A stretch of 64,000 nt of DNA from an uncultured Bacteroidia bacterium (GCA_943787465.1 CALSMN010000003.1:65093-129092); one strand, 5' to 3'. Counted from the first letter of the stretch, positions 1 to 9,512 are shown. A program made the numbers and translations. Notes: a model not told the origin generated them from the letters alone.

Positions 1-771
1 CCTTTTTATGAACAAAAAAATAATGGGGATGTCATAGTAAATAATGGAGATACGATATCCATGAGCATATACATCAAAGATTTTGCGGGGCAGATGGATT
101 CTGTATCTTGGACTATCGTTGGAGATGAACTGGGAAAAGTAATTCCAATACCAGGCCAAGCCTCGTCTGAACAAACACAACGAATAAAAAGTAATTCTTC
201 CATACAATTTCATGAATGGAAGATAGATATACCATCCAAATCATATTATCATCCTTTTGATCTAAAATTAAAAATTAAACCATCAGATTCACAGATGTTG
301 AGTAAGACACTGCAAATGCACTATCCATACACCCTATTGCAGGATTATATTCATATTGCTTATACCGTTCCTAAAGATTGGTTAGTCTACGGAGATCAAT
401 TGTGTGCATTCAGCAAAAGTGGTTCAACCCTCTATTACGAGGGAGGTGCCTTAAAAAAGGGTATGCTAACGTTCAAAACTCGTTCTTTTGGAGAGTATGT
501 AATTGGTTATGATAATGAACCACCAACGATACGTCCAATTACGCTTGGCAAAAATTTTAAATTTATAGTGAAAGATCTATTAAGTGGAATTCAAAGTTTT
601 AACTGTTATATCGATGATAAATGGATTTTAGCATCCTATGAACCCAAAACAAACACAATCTGGGGAGAAATCCCCAATTGGATCAGTCAAGGAGAACATG
701 AATTTAAAATTAGAGTTTCTGACAATCGAAAAAATTCAAATGAATATATGCATAAAGTAATGCTTGATTAA
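1..771 (+). CDS. C-terminal part of a probable M23-family peptidase-like protein (5' end outside window)
   Basis: Frame is open from base 1. The tail (DNEPPTI...VKDLLSGIQSFNCYIDDKWILASYEPK...VSDNRKN) resembles the C-terminal Ig-like region of Bacteroidota M23 proteins. The catalytic domain is not visible. Confidence 0.55.
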   Translation, partial: PFYEQKNNGDVIVNNGDTISMSIYIKDFAGQMDSVSWTIVGDELGKVIPIPGQASSEQTQRIKSNSSIQFHEWKIDIPSKSYYHPFDLKLKIKPSDSQMLSKTLQMHYPYTLLQDYIHIAYTVPKDWLVYGDQLCAFSKSGSTLYYEGGALKKGMLTFKTRSFGEYVIGYDNEPPTIRPITLGKNFKFIVKDLLSGIQSFNCYIDDKWILASYEPKTNTIWGEIPNWISQGEHEFKIRVSDNRKNSNEYMHKVMLD

Positions 772-801
772 TCTATTTTTAAAGTTCATTGTTGTAATTA
801 C

Positions 802-1254
802 ATGAGTACGATAAAAAAAGGAGATAATGCTCCACAGTTTCAAGGAAAGAATCAAAAAGGGGAGACGATATCATTAGCAACATATGCAGGTAAAAAGCTG
901 GTGTTGTATTTTTATCCTAAAGATGATACGCCAGGTTGTACAGCCGAAGCCTGTGATTTACGGGACAACTATGATCGTTTTATTCAAGAAGGATACGCTA
1001 TTCTAGGGGTTAGCCCAGATGATGAGAAAAAGCATCAAAAGTTTATCGATAAATATGATTTGCCTTTTGATTTGTTGGCAGACACAGAAAAAGAAACCTG
1101 CGAAATGTATGGGGTATGGGTTAAGAAAAGTATGTATGGAAGAGAATACATGGGTGTTGCGCGTACTACATTTGTTATCAACGAGGATGGCACGATTGAA
1201 GATGTAATAGAAAAGGTAAAAACGAAAGAACATACCAATCAGATTTTAAAATAA
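802..1254 (+). CDS. bcp: Thioredoxin-dependent peroxiredoxin BCP
   Basis: YFYPKDDTPGCTAEAC motif; 150 aa. Confidence 0.95.
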   Translation: MSTIKKGDNAPQFQGKNQKGETISLATYAGKKLVLYFYPKDDTPGCTAEACDLRDNYDRFIQEGYAILGVSPDDEKKHQKFIDKYDLPFDLLADTEKETCEMYGVWVKKSMYGREYMGVARTTFVINEDGTIEDVIEKVKTKEHTNQILK

Positions 1255-1285
1255 AAAAAGTGTATTCAATCAGGTATAATTAAAG

Positions 1286-1800
1286 CTAATTCAGTAGCTC
1301 TTTTGCTGAATTCTTCATTGCTTTAAAAAAATTACGCCGAGTTAGGTCGGACTGCCCAGAGATATTTATACTCTTGCCAATAATAGACCGTCTCATTTCT
1401 AAAATTTCTTGCGTAAATTTTTCATTGGAAGTAGCAATCAAATTCATAATATTAAAGTTTAAGTATCCTATTTTTTGATCTAAAAATTCCAATATAAAAC
1501 TATTTGTACCTATTCCTACGGAACTTACAAAAAAGTTAATTTTATGCTCTCTATAATTATTTTCTAAAATATTTTCTATGTTTCTGAGGTGGTATATAAG
1601 GCTGTTACAAACCCGATCTTTGTCTTCTTTAGTTGAAAAAAAACCATTTTCGTTGCAATATTTAATTTGTCTGAGGGTTGAATTTATACCATCCTCTGTC
1701 CATATTTCAGTTTTATTTAATTTGGTATAGTTGTCAATGATTTTTTCTATTGTATGATTTAAATCACCTAAATGATATTTAGCATTTGATTTAGAAAAAT
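1286..1800 (-). pseudogene. 5'-truncated Bacteroidota HTH (BetR-like) regulator, C-terminal domain only
   Basis: EIW...INSTLRQIKY...GFF motif and ISGQS..RRNFF tail resemble the C-terminal domain of this family. No HTH is present. The ORF-track N-terminus (1800-1861) is the antisense of another gene remnant. Confidence 0.5.
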
Positions 1801-1970
1801 ATAACCATGTCGATATTGAGATATTTGATAATTTAGGTAGAAGAGTTTGGAATAAGAACAATGCCAGGGGATATGCACATATTAAAAACCTCCCTGCGGG
1901 TAGTTATACTGTGAAATTATCTAATAATAATATTCCTATTATCACCGATAGAATAGTGGTGATTAAGTAG
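1776..1970 (+). pseudogene. Orphan T9SS type A C-terminal sorting domain remnant
   Basis: Reads ...VDIEIFDNLGRRVWNKNNARGYAHIKNLPAGSYTVKLSNNNIPIITDRIVVIK*. In-frame TGA at 1773 and no start codon before the domain. Confidence 0.75.
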
Positions 1971-1988
1971 TATTACACTACACCAAAA

Positions 1989-2024
1989 ACCAAAGCCCCG
2001 ATACATGAACGTCGGGGCTTTGGT
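1989..2024. terminator. Hairpin terminator between the convergent T9SS remnant and ssb
   Basis: ACCAAAGCCCCGA-loop-TCGGGGCTTTGGT inverted repeat. Confidence 0.8.
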
Positions 2025-2035
2025 ATGTTTAGAAA

Positions 2036-2401
2036 TTAAAATGGAACTTCGTCTGTTTTAATTTTTTCTTTTGGTGAAAGAACTAAAAAGTCAGACGTGA
2101 CAATTTCAGTGATGTATCGGGTGTTCCCTTCGTTATCATCCCAACTCCTATGTGTTAATTTACCTTCAATCATCACTTCTTTCCCTTTTGATAGAAGTTC
2201 CTCCATAAGCGAAGCTGTTTTTCCCCAGGCGATGATGTTGTGCCATTGGGTGTCTTGCACTTTTTCTCCTTTTTGATTCTTGTACGTTTCGTTAGTGGCT
2301 AATGTAAATTTAGCTACTTTTTTGCCTCCATCTAGCTCTTTTACTTCTGGATTCATACCAAGGTTACCGATCAGTTGTACTTTGTTTTTTAATGCGTTCA
2401 T
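2036..2401 (-). CDS. ssb: Single-stranded DNA-binding protein (short paralog type)
   Basis: NKVQLIGNLG, TQWHNI, EGKL motifs and acidic DEVPF tail. Confidence 0.95.
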   Translation of the reverse strand: MNALKNKVQLIGNLGMNPEVKELDGGKKVAKFTLATNETYKNQKGEKVQDTQWHNIIAWGKTASLMEELLSKGKEVMIEGKLTHRSWDDNEGNTRYITEIVTSDFLVLSPKEKIKTDEVPF

Positions 2402-2530
2402 AATAATTTTTTAAATTAAATGGTTAGTGTTAAGTGTCCTTTGTTGGACGATTATTATATGTAGTTAATTCTGTTGCTCCTTTCGAACAACACTACAAAG
2501 AGAATACCGCTGCCAATGAATCATCGAATT

Positions 2531-2580
2531 TTAAGTGCTTACTTACGTTTATAATCGCTTGCAAGTGCTTACAAAACACT
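2531..2580. repeat. 10-bp-phased imperfect direct repeats upstream of ssb (candidate operator array)
   Basis: Units TTAAGTGCTT/ACTTACGTTT/ATAATCGCTT/GCAAGTGCTT/ACAAAACACT; AAGTGCTTAC is exact at 2533 and 2563. Confidence 0.55.
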
Positions 2581-2597
2581 AATTTAAAATAACATTG

Positions 2598-2605
2598 TAA
2601 ATTTG
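2598..2605 (+). promoter_or_regulatory. Bacteroidota primary-sigma -7 element
   Basis: TAAATTTG (TAnnTTTG) 7 nt before the ATG at 2613. Confidence 0.65.
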
Positions 2606-2612
2606 TTTATTC

Positions 2613-3344
2613 ATGAATCAGTATAAAAACACATTAATTATCGGATTATCCATCATGGTATCCTCCTTTATTTTAGGACAAGCTTATTTAAATCGAAACA
2701 AAACGCAAGGGGAAATTCAAGTGAAAGGTTTAGGAAGTAAAAACTTTACCTCAGATTTAATCATTTGGGAAGGCCAATTTGGTGTTCAACATATCGATAT
2801 CAAACAGGCCTATGCATCACTTGAACAAAGTAGATTGAAGGTAAATCAGTATTTAAAAGACAAAGAAATTGATGTAAATCAACTCATTTATAGTGCAGTA
2901 AATACTCGAAAAATAACAAAATCACTTTATTCTTCAAAAGGCGATTATGTTGGAGATGAGTTTGTGGGATATGAATTAAAACAATCGGTTAAAATAGAAT
3001 CTAATGAAGTAGAAAAAGTGGAACGAATTGCTCGAGAAATTACAGAAATTTTGAATCAAGGTGTTGAATTTTATTCTGAGTCACCAAGGTATTATTACAC
3101 AAAATTAGCAGATTTAAAAGTAGAGATGATTTCTAAAGCAACTGAAGATGCTCGTTTACGCGCAGAGCGAATAGCTCAATTTTCGGGTGGAGATATGGGA
3201 AATTTAGAGTCTGCCAGAATGGGTGTTTTTCAGATTACGGGTCAAAATTCTGAGGAAGATTATTCATGGGGAGGAACCTATAATACCTCATCCAAGGAAA
3301 AAACAGCTTCTATAACCATGATTCTGGTGTTTCAAGTGGATTAG
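2613..3344 (+). CDS. SIMPL domain-containing protein
   Basis: N-terminal hydrophobic segment, VKGLG, ATEDARLRAERIA, MGVFQITG motifs. Confidence 0.85.
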   Translation: MNQYKNTLIIGLSIMVSSFILGQAYLNRNKTQGEIQVKGLGSKNFTSDLIIWEGQFGVQHIDIKQAYASLEQSRLKVNQYLKDKEIDVNQLIYSAVNTRKITKSLYSSKGDYVGDEFVGYELKQSVKIESNEVEKVERIAREITEILNQGVEFYSESPRYYYTKLADLKVEMISKATEDARLRAERIAQFSGGDMGNLESARMGVFQITGQNSEEDYSWGGTYNTSSKEKTASITMILVFQVD

Positions 3345-3377
3345 GTACAACTATTTATAGTTTCTAAATTTTGATAC

Positions 3378-3412
3378 AAAAAAATCCCCAAGCATTGCTT
3401 GAGGATTCTTTT
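3378..3412. terminator. Bidirectional intrinsic terminator
   Basis: A-tract-TCCCCAAGC-ATT-GCTTGAGGA-T-tract between convergent genes. Confidence 0.75.
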
Positions 3413-3434
3413 GAATGATATACTACTAGTCTGC

Positions 3435-4112
3435 TTAAAATATCTGAAATTTCACCGGAATTCTAAATCGCATATTTACAGATTTGTCTCTTTGTTTTGC
3501 AGGTATCCAACGGCCTGATGTCATCTTGATAACACGGATGGCTTCGTCTTCTAAACCAAATCCTCTTTTTCGTCCCAAAATGGCAACGTCTTTTACTTTT
3601 CCTGTTTTATCTACAACAAACATGACGTTGACAGTTCCTTGGATGTCATTTTCAAGAGCCATGGGTGGGAAAGTGATGTTTTCAGCAATGAATCGTTGAA
3701 GTCCTGCATCTCCGCCTGGGAATGAAGCCTTTTCAGAAACATCAAATATTTCAAATACTTCATTGGTCTCTTCAGGTTCATCGTCTTCCTGTTCATAGAG
3801 GTCCATTTCAGTATCTTGATCTATTTCATTATCTTCAATTTCAGGCTGTTCTTCTTCAATTTCTTCATCATCTTCTACTACCTCAATTTCAGGCGGTGGT
3901 GGCGGTGGAGGTGGTTTTTTTTCTTGCACTGTATTTTCCGTAACGACCAAGTCTTCTTCAATAATGATGTTATCTAACTCTTCTGGTTTTTCATCATAAA
4001 CAGTATATGAAAAAGCGCCAAAAACGATAACTAATGAGAAAGCAAGACCCGTTAGGAAAAAATCAATCTTTTTATTTTTTAATTCAGGTTGTGGATACTT
4101 TTTTACTTCCAT
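3435..4112 (-). CDS. tonB: Energy transducer TonB
   Basis: N-terminal TM helix, poly-Pro/acidic linker, FPGG...GTVNVMFVV...WIPAKQR C-terminal domain. Confidence 0.9.
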   Translation of the reverse strand: MEVKKYPQPELKNKKIDFFLTGLAFSLVIVFGAFSYTVYDEKPEELDNIIIEEDLVVTENTVQEKKPPPPPPPPEIEVVEDDEEIEEEQPEIEDNEIDQDTEMDLYEQEDDEPEETNEVFEIFDVSEKASFPGGDAGLQRFIAENITFPPMALENDIQGTVNVMFVVDKTGKVKDVAILGRKRGFGLEDEAIRVIKMTSGRWIPAKQRDKSVNMRFRIPVKFQIF

Positions 4113-4151
4113 ACGTTTGTAGTTTCAAAATTAATCTAAAATATTTATTAC

Positions 4152-4553
4152 TTAATTACCATTTTGCCTAAAAGGTAAATAGTTTTTTTTTAACGCTTTT
4201 TTATCACATATTATTTTGTAGGATATTCCTCCTAATAGAACCCCTACCGTATTCGCTATCATGTCATCGTATGCTAAAGTTCGACCTAATTTCATTACGG
4301 ATTGAGCCCATTCAATACCGATGCCAAATAAGATGCAAATTAGGAGTAGACGAAATAATTGGAATTGGTGTATGAAGTTACTCAGGCTCCACAAGACAAC
4401 TAGTACCCCATAGAGTAAGAGATGGATGATTTTATCCAGTCCCACAAAATTATAGGTAGTCATCGGACTAAAAACTTTTGCTGGCAAAAGACAGGAAGTG
4501 CAAATGAGTAGAGTCCAAAGTATCGCCATGTAGGAAGCTCTGTTGAGCCTCAT
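4152..4553 (-). CDS. VanZ family membrane protein
   Basis: DKIIH...Y, E..Q...GR...DD..AN..G motifs; gcvH-vanZ-tonB order is common in Bacteroidota. Confidence 0.85.
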   Translation of the reverse strand: MRLNRASYMAILWTLLICTSCLLPAKVFSPMTTYNFVGLDKIIHLLLYGVLVVLWSLSNFIHQFQLFRLLLICILFGIGIEWAQSVMKLGRTLAYDDMIANTVGVLLGGISYKIICDKKALKKNYLPFRQNGN

Positions 4554-4555
4554 AT

Positions 4556-4936
4556 TTAGTGACCGATGAGTTCTTTGTAGGTTTCAGCATCCATCAAATG
4601 ATCTATTTCGGACAGATTAGAAGCTTTTACTTTAATCATCCACCCTTTTTCATAAGGAGATTCATTTACATTTTCTGGAGCATCCTCTAAATCAGCATTC
4701 ACTGCTACAATTTCGCCGCTGATAGGCATATACAAATCAGAAACAGTCTTGACGGCTTCGATAGTACCAAATACTTCATTTTGAGCAAATGATTCACCTT
4801 CGGTTTCTATTTCAACAAAAACAATATCACCCAATTCACTCTGGGCAAATTCTGTAACTCCAATCGTTGCGGTATCACCTTCTATAGATACCCACTCATG
4901 TTCTTTAGTGTATTTTAGATTTTCTGGGAAATTCAT
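4556..4936 (-). CDS. gcvH: Glycine cleavage system H protein
   Basis: HEW, IEAVKTVSD lipoyl-lysine motif. Confidence 0.97.
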   Translation of the reverse strand: MNFPENLKYTKEHEWVSIEGDTATIGVTEFAQSELGDIVFVEIETEGESFAQNEVFGTIEAVKTVSDLYMPISGEIVAVNADLEDAPENVNESPYEKGWMIKVKASNLSEIDHLMDAETYKELIGH

Positions 4937-4959
4937 GATATAACTATTTTTTTATAATG

Positions 4960-5820
4960 TTAATTTAACTTTTTATGTGTTCCAAGTATATGGATTACTG
5001 TAAATAATTTTTCTTTTAAATCTTTACGTTCTACAATGAAATCAATAAATCCTTTTTCTTTTAAAAACTCAGATCGCTGAAATCCATCGGGAAGATCTTT
5101 TCCAATGGTTTCTTTAATTACGCGTGGCCCTGCAAAACCAATAAGTGCATTGGGCTCAGCAATATTTATATCGCCCAACATAGCAAATGATGCAGTTATC
5201 CCACCTGTTGTTGGATCAGTGAGTACAGATATATAGGGCAATTTCTCTTCAGCTAATAGAGCTAGCTTTGCAGAGGTTTTAGCCATTTGCATAAGAGAAA
5301 ATGCAGCTTCCATCATTCGTGCTCCACCACTTTTAGATATGATAATTAGGGGAATTTTTAATTCTAGTGCCTTATCAATTGCACGAGCAATTTTTTCGCC
5401 AACGACTGAACCCATGGATCCACCAATAAATGAGAAATCCATCACAGCCATGGATACTTTTAAGCCATTTATTTTACCTGTGGCTGTTCTTACGGCATCG
5501 GTAAGACCACTTTTTGCTTGAGAAGCAATTATTCGATCAGGATATGGTTTTGTGTCTTCAAAATTAAGGGGATCGCTAGAACTCAGATTTGCATCCAATT
5601 CTTGGAATTTTTCATTGTCAAATAAAAGTGCAAAATATTCCTTAGAGCCTATTCGCTCATGGTGATTGCAAAATGGACAAACACATAAATTAGTTTCGAA
5701 TTCTTTTGTGCTTGTCGGTTGTTTACATTCCTTGCACTTGTACCATAAACCGTCTGGTGTAGGTTTTTTATCTTTTGTTTCGGTTCGTATTCCTTCCTTT
5801 ACACGCTTAAACCAACTCAT
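4960..5820 (-). CDS. accD: Acetyl-CoA carboxylase carboxyltransferase beta subunit
   Basis: C4 zinc finger, [17 protein letters not shown] motifs. Confidence 0.97.
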   Translation of the reverse strand: MSWFKRVKEGIRTETKDKKPTPDGLWYKCKECKQPTSTKEFETNLCVCPFCNHHERIGSKEYFALLFDNEKFQELDANLSSSDPLNFEDTKPYPDRIIASQAKSGLTDAVRTATGKINGLKVSMAVMDFSFIGGSMGSVVGEKIARAIDKALELKIPLIIISKSGGARMMEAAFSLMQMAKTSAKLALLAEEKLPYISVLTDPTTGGITASFAMLGDINIAEPNALIGFAGPRVIKETIGKDLPDGFQRSEFLKEKGFIDFIVERKDLKEKLFTVIHILGTHKKLN

Positions 5821-5902
5821 ATTGTATGATGTTTTTCATTACAAATTAATGCAAAATAGCAGAGCAAATGTACATTTTTTTTAATAGCTACCTTTGTATT
5901 TT

Positions 5903-6340
5903 ATGGATAATGAAATAATTGTTAAAGTGGCTCAGACTCCTGAATCCATGGAAGCCATTTTTGAGGTACGGAGAAAAGTATTTGTCTTGGAGCAAAATGT
6001 TAGCGAGGAAGAAGAATATGATGAATATGAGCATTCGAGTACACATCTTTTTGCCTCAGTCAATAATCAAATTGTGGGTACTTGTAGGTACAGATCTACC
6101 TCATTAGGAGTAAAACTTGAAAGGTTTGCCGTACTTCAAGATTTTCGTTCCATGCATGTTGGAAGTGCATTGTTATCCTATGCTTTAGAGAAATTGGATA
6201 ATCGTGTAAATATTTATTTACACGCACAAATTCAAGTGGTAGATTTTTATAAAAAATTTGGCTTTACTCCCGAAGGAGATCAATTCACTGAGGCCAATAT
6301 TCAGCACTTTAAAATGGGATATTCGCCCACTCGTCGATAG
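5903..6340 (+). CDS. GNAT family N-acetyltransferase (ElaA/YjcF-like)
   Basis: VRRKVFVLEQ, LHAQ, FYKKFGF, EANIQH; TACCTTTG -7 box at 5889-5896 supports the ATG at 5903. Confidence 0.85.
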   Translation: MDNEIIVKVAQTPESMEAIFEVRRKVFVLEQNVSEEEEYDEYEHSSTHLFASVNNQIVGTCRYRSTSLGVKLERFAVLQDFRSMHVGSALLSYALEKLDNRVNIYLHAQIQVVDFYKKFGFTPEGDQFTEANIQHFKMGYSPTRR

Positions 6341-6382
6341 TATGATGACTCTTTTTTACAAATCGATATCTTTGCCGTAGCA

Positions 6383-7390
6383 ATGAAAAAAATACTCGTT
6401 ACAGGTGGACTGGGTTATATTGGAAGTCATACTGTAGTAGAATTACAAGAAGCGGGCTATGAAGTGGTCGTCATTGATAATTTAGACAATTCATCCCTTG
6501 AAATAAAAAACAGGATTGAAAAAATATCGGGATGTACCCTTGAGGTGATTGTATCTGACATTAATAATGAAGACGTTTTAGATGAGGTGTTTGAAACCTA
6601 TAGATTTGATGGTGTAATCCATTTTGCAGCATACAAAGCTGTGGGGGAATCTGTAGAAAATCCTATAAAGTACTATCGGAATAATATTGGGGGTTTGATT
6701 CAAATATTGGCTGCAATGCAAAAACATGAAGTTTCGAATTTGATTTTTTCGTCGAGTTGTACGGTATATGGTGTCGCTAAAGAATTGCCTGTAACCGAAA
6801 ATACCCCTATTCAGTTGGCCGAGAGTCCCTATGGGACGACTAAAATTATGGGAGAAGAATTGATTCAAGATTTCATTCAATACCAATCTATAAAGGCAGT
6901 TTTACTTCGTTATTTTAACCCTGTGGGAGCTCATCCTAGTGCCTTGATTGGAGAATTACCCAACGGTGTTCCCAGTAATTTAGTTCCTTATATTACTCAG
7001 ACAGCAGCCGGTATTCGGGAGCAGTTGACCGTACATGGCAACGATTATAATACCGAGGATGGATCGTGTATTCGGGACTATATACATGTTGTAGATTTGG
7101 CAAAAGCGCATGTTAAAGCGTTGGCATACGCTGAGACAATGAAGGATAAGGTAGAGGTTTTCAATGTGGGAACAGGAAACGGAACTTCAGTTTTAGAAAT
7201 AATTCGTGCTTTTGAGCAACAGTGTAATCTAAAATTAAACTACAGGATTGGTCCACGGAGAGAGGGTGATGTTGAGCAAATATTTGCAGATACTACCAAG
7301 ATCAAAAAAGCACTTAAATGGGAGGCCGATTATGGAATTGAAGAAATGATGTACCATGCTTGGATGTGGCAAAAAAATATTCCGACATAA
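6383..7390 (+). CDS. galE: UDP-glucose 4-epimerase
   Basis: TGGLGYIGSH, YGTTK, LRYFNPVGAH; TATCTTTG -7 box at 6367-6374. Confidence 0.96.
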   Translation: MKKILVTGGLGYIGSHTVVELQEAGYEVVVIDNLDNSSLEIKNRIEKISGCTLEVIVSDINNEDVLDEVFETYRFDGVIHFAAYKAVGESVENPIKYYRNNIGGLIQILAAMQKHEVSNLIFSSSCTVYGVAKELPVTENTPIQLAESPYGTTKIMGEELIQDFIQYQSIKAVLLRYFNPVGAHPSALIGELPNGVPSNLVPYITQTAAGIREQLTVHGNDYNTEDGSCIRDYIHVVDLAKAHVKALAYAETMKDKVEVFNVGTGNGTSVLEIIRAFEQQCNLKLNYRIGPRREGDVEQIFADTTKIKKALKWEADYGIEEMMYHAWMWQKNIPT

Positions 7391-7408
7391 AAAAAATATG
7401 TTTTTACC

Positions 7409-7433
7409 CAACCTTTTTTTGAAAGCTCTCGTA
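7409..7433 (+). promoter_or_regulatory. Putative ECF-sigma promoter
   Basis: CAACC-N16-CGTA, matching the general ECF -35 AAC / -10 CGT pattern, about 30 nt upstream of the ATG at 7466 and in a locus carrying an ECF sigma fragment. Confidence 0.5.
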
Positions 7434-7465
7434 TATGAAGGTACTAAACTTAAAATATATACATT

Positions 7466-8042
7466 ATGAAATTTATTAAATCAACTTTTTTGACGGCTTT
7501 GCTCACCATAATTGGGGGAGCTGTTTACGCTGGGTGCGTAGCAGATGCATCTTACACACAAAATGGATCAACCTTTGATTTTGTAGGGGATTCAGTCTAC
7601 ATCAGTCTATGGTTACACATGTAGTTGGGATTTTGGAGATGGTTCTTCTAGTTCCTTGAGAAATGTTAGTCATACTTATGCTTCTTTAGGCACGTATGAT
7701 GTAATTTTCTCCATTCGAGACACGGTTTCAGACTGTAGAGATACTCTATTATTGAAAGTAATTGTCACTGAAATTGAAAATGACCATCAAGTGTCATTTA
7801 ATGCTGGGGAGTCTCATATTCAAGAACAAGATTTAAGAGCCCTGTTGCGAGCCTTACCTAAAGTGACCCAAAAGGTATTTAACCTATTTGCGATAGATGG
7901 TTTTAAACATCGGGAGATAAGCGATTATTTGGGAATAACAGAAGGTGCCAGCAAATGGCACGTGAATGAAGCTCGAAAAAAATTAAAAGGAATGCTTGAA
8001 AAACAAGCAGATTTAGAAAAAAAAGTGTTGAAGCAAAATTGA
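7466..8042 (+). pseudogene. Frameshifted chimera: signal peptide + PKD domain fused to ECF sigma-70 region 4
   Basis: 7466-7624 is MKFIKSTFLTALLTIIGGAVYA-GCVADASY... ending in a premature TAG. The shifted frame reads SWDFGDG...SHTYASLGTYDV (PKD), then LP...VFNLFAIDGFKHREISDYLGITEGASKWHVNEARKKL (sigma region 4). Sigma region 2 is absent. Confidence 0.75.
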
Positions 8043-9508
8043 AAAAAATAGATGACATATTCAAAGACGGACTCCAAGATAAGGGGTTGCCGTATTCGGA
8101 TGCGAATTGGAATATGATGGCTGCTCTTTTGGATAAAAAAGTGAACTTTTTTGTCCGATATAAATGGTGGCTGAGATCTGCAGTATTTGTTGGATTGACA
8201 GGGTCAATCATAGGGTTGCATTACTTTTTTTCGGATTCTTTACACACAGCAAGTTCATCAGATACGATGGAGATGGATATTATATCGCAATCTTCAAAAG
8301 AGAAATCTATATCACTCAACCAAGAAAAGACGAAATCCAATTATTCTCAAAAATTGCAAGAAGGAATTGCAGAAATCACTCAATCCAAGAATTTTATGGG
8401 TAACGAATCATTATCTAAAGACTCATTTGAGGGGATAAAATTGAATCATACGATTCAAAAATCAATGAAGATTTTTGGCGATGATCAATTGTTAGATTTG
8501 AAAAGAATTACAAACATAGATCATCACGAAGCCTCATCAATTAAAGGAATATCGAAATTGAATCTTGTGCATGGTGATTATCCAAAAAAAATGGAAGATG
8601 CTCTTGAGCAAGATCAGCTAAGCCAGATTATTGATGATAAATTTCAAGAGGATATTATCCCAGCTTTTAGGCTTAATCATTTAGAAATACTAAAGTTAGA
8701 TCCAAGAGTATGTAACGGGTTTGACTATGTTTTCCCCAATGCTTCTGGAGCATATATTGAGGGAATGAAAAATCCCAATACCTCATGGGTTTTTTATGCT
8801 TCCGTGTATGGAGCGGCATTACAATATCAAAGAAAATTGAGTATGGGGAGTATAACAGACGAAAATAATTTGAAATCAAAGGAAAGTTCACAGATAACGT
8901 CTGGTTTTGGAGTCCATTTTTCTGCCCAAAAAGGACGCTGGTCCTGGGTAAGCGGATTGGGCATTAAGACTATCCAAGAACAAACAAACTATCAAACTAC
9001 ATCTACAGAAACACATTATGTATATGGCTTAAAGTTACTTAACAGAAATTACACCACAACTCCACGGGGAACGACTATTGCTTTAATAGGAGATGTGATT
9101 ATAGATAGTACTTCTTCAATAGTAACTCAAGATCTCTGTGTAGATTGTATGGCTAATTTTCAATATTGGAGTATACCTCTTCGGTTGCAATACAATACAA
9201 AATCTAGAAATCGACTGTCTTACTATGGTGCTTTGGGAGTAGATCTAGACATTCTAAAAAGTACTACAGGGTTCTATACGGATGCTGATCATGGAGTTTT
9301 GATAACGAAAGACCTATCAGAAGCGGTTTTAAAATCAACAGTAATTCAACTTCATGGTGCTATTGGTGCAAAGTATTCTATAACGAGTAGATGGAAATTA
9401 TGGACGGGTTTGGGGTATGGATATAGTTTGCAATCCATGACCAAGAATTATAGTCAAAAGCCGCGAATACAATCGTTAAATTTAGGTGTTGAATTTAAGT
9501 TGAATTAA
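8039..9508 (+). CDS. Putative anti-sigma factor with C-terminal outer-membrane beta-barrel
   Basis: N-terminal IDDIFKDGL...W motif, one TM helix, low-complexity linker, barrel ending LGVEFKLN; overlaps the ECF fragment stop codon. Confidence 0.65.
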   Translation: MKKIDDIFKDGLQDKGLPYSDANWNMMAALLDKKVNFFVRYKWWLRSAVFVGLTGSIIGLHYFFSDSLHTASSSDTMEMDIISQSSKEKSISLNQEKTKSNYSQKLQEGIAEITQSKNFMGNESLSKDSFEGIKLNHTIQKSMKIFGDDQLLDLKRITNIDHHEASSIKGISKLNLVHGDYPKKMEDALEQDQLSQIIDDKFQEDIIPAFRLNHLEILKLDPRVCNGFDYVFPNASGAYIEGMKNPNTSWVFYASVYGAALQYQRKLSMGSITDENNLKSKESSQITSGFGVHFSAQKGRWSWVSGLGIKTIQEQTNYQTTSTETHYVYGLKLLNRNYTTTPRGTTIALIGDVIIDSTSSIVTQDLCVDCMANFQYWSIPLRLQYNTKSRNRLSYYGALGVDLDILKSTTGFYTDADHGVLITKDLSEAVLKSTVIQLHGAIGAKYSITSRWKLWTGLGYGYSLQSMTKNYSQKPRIQSLNLGVEFKLN

Positions 9509-9512
9509 ATTT

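Noticed and set aside
3891-3915. GC-rich GGT/GGC triplet run
   Set aside because: Encodes the poly-proline linker of TonB.
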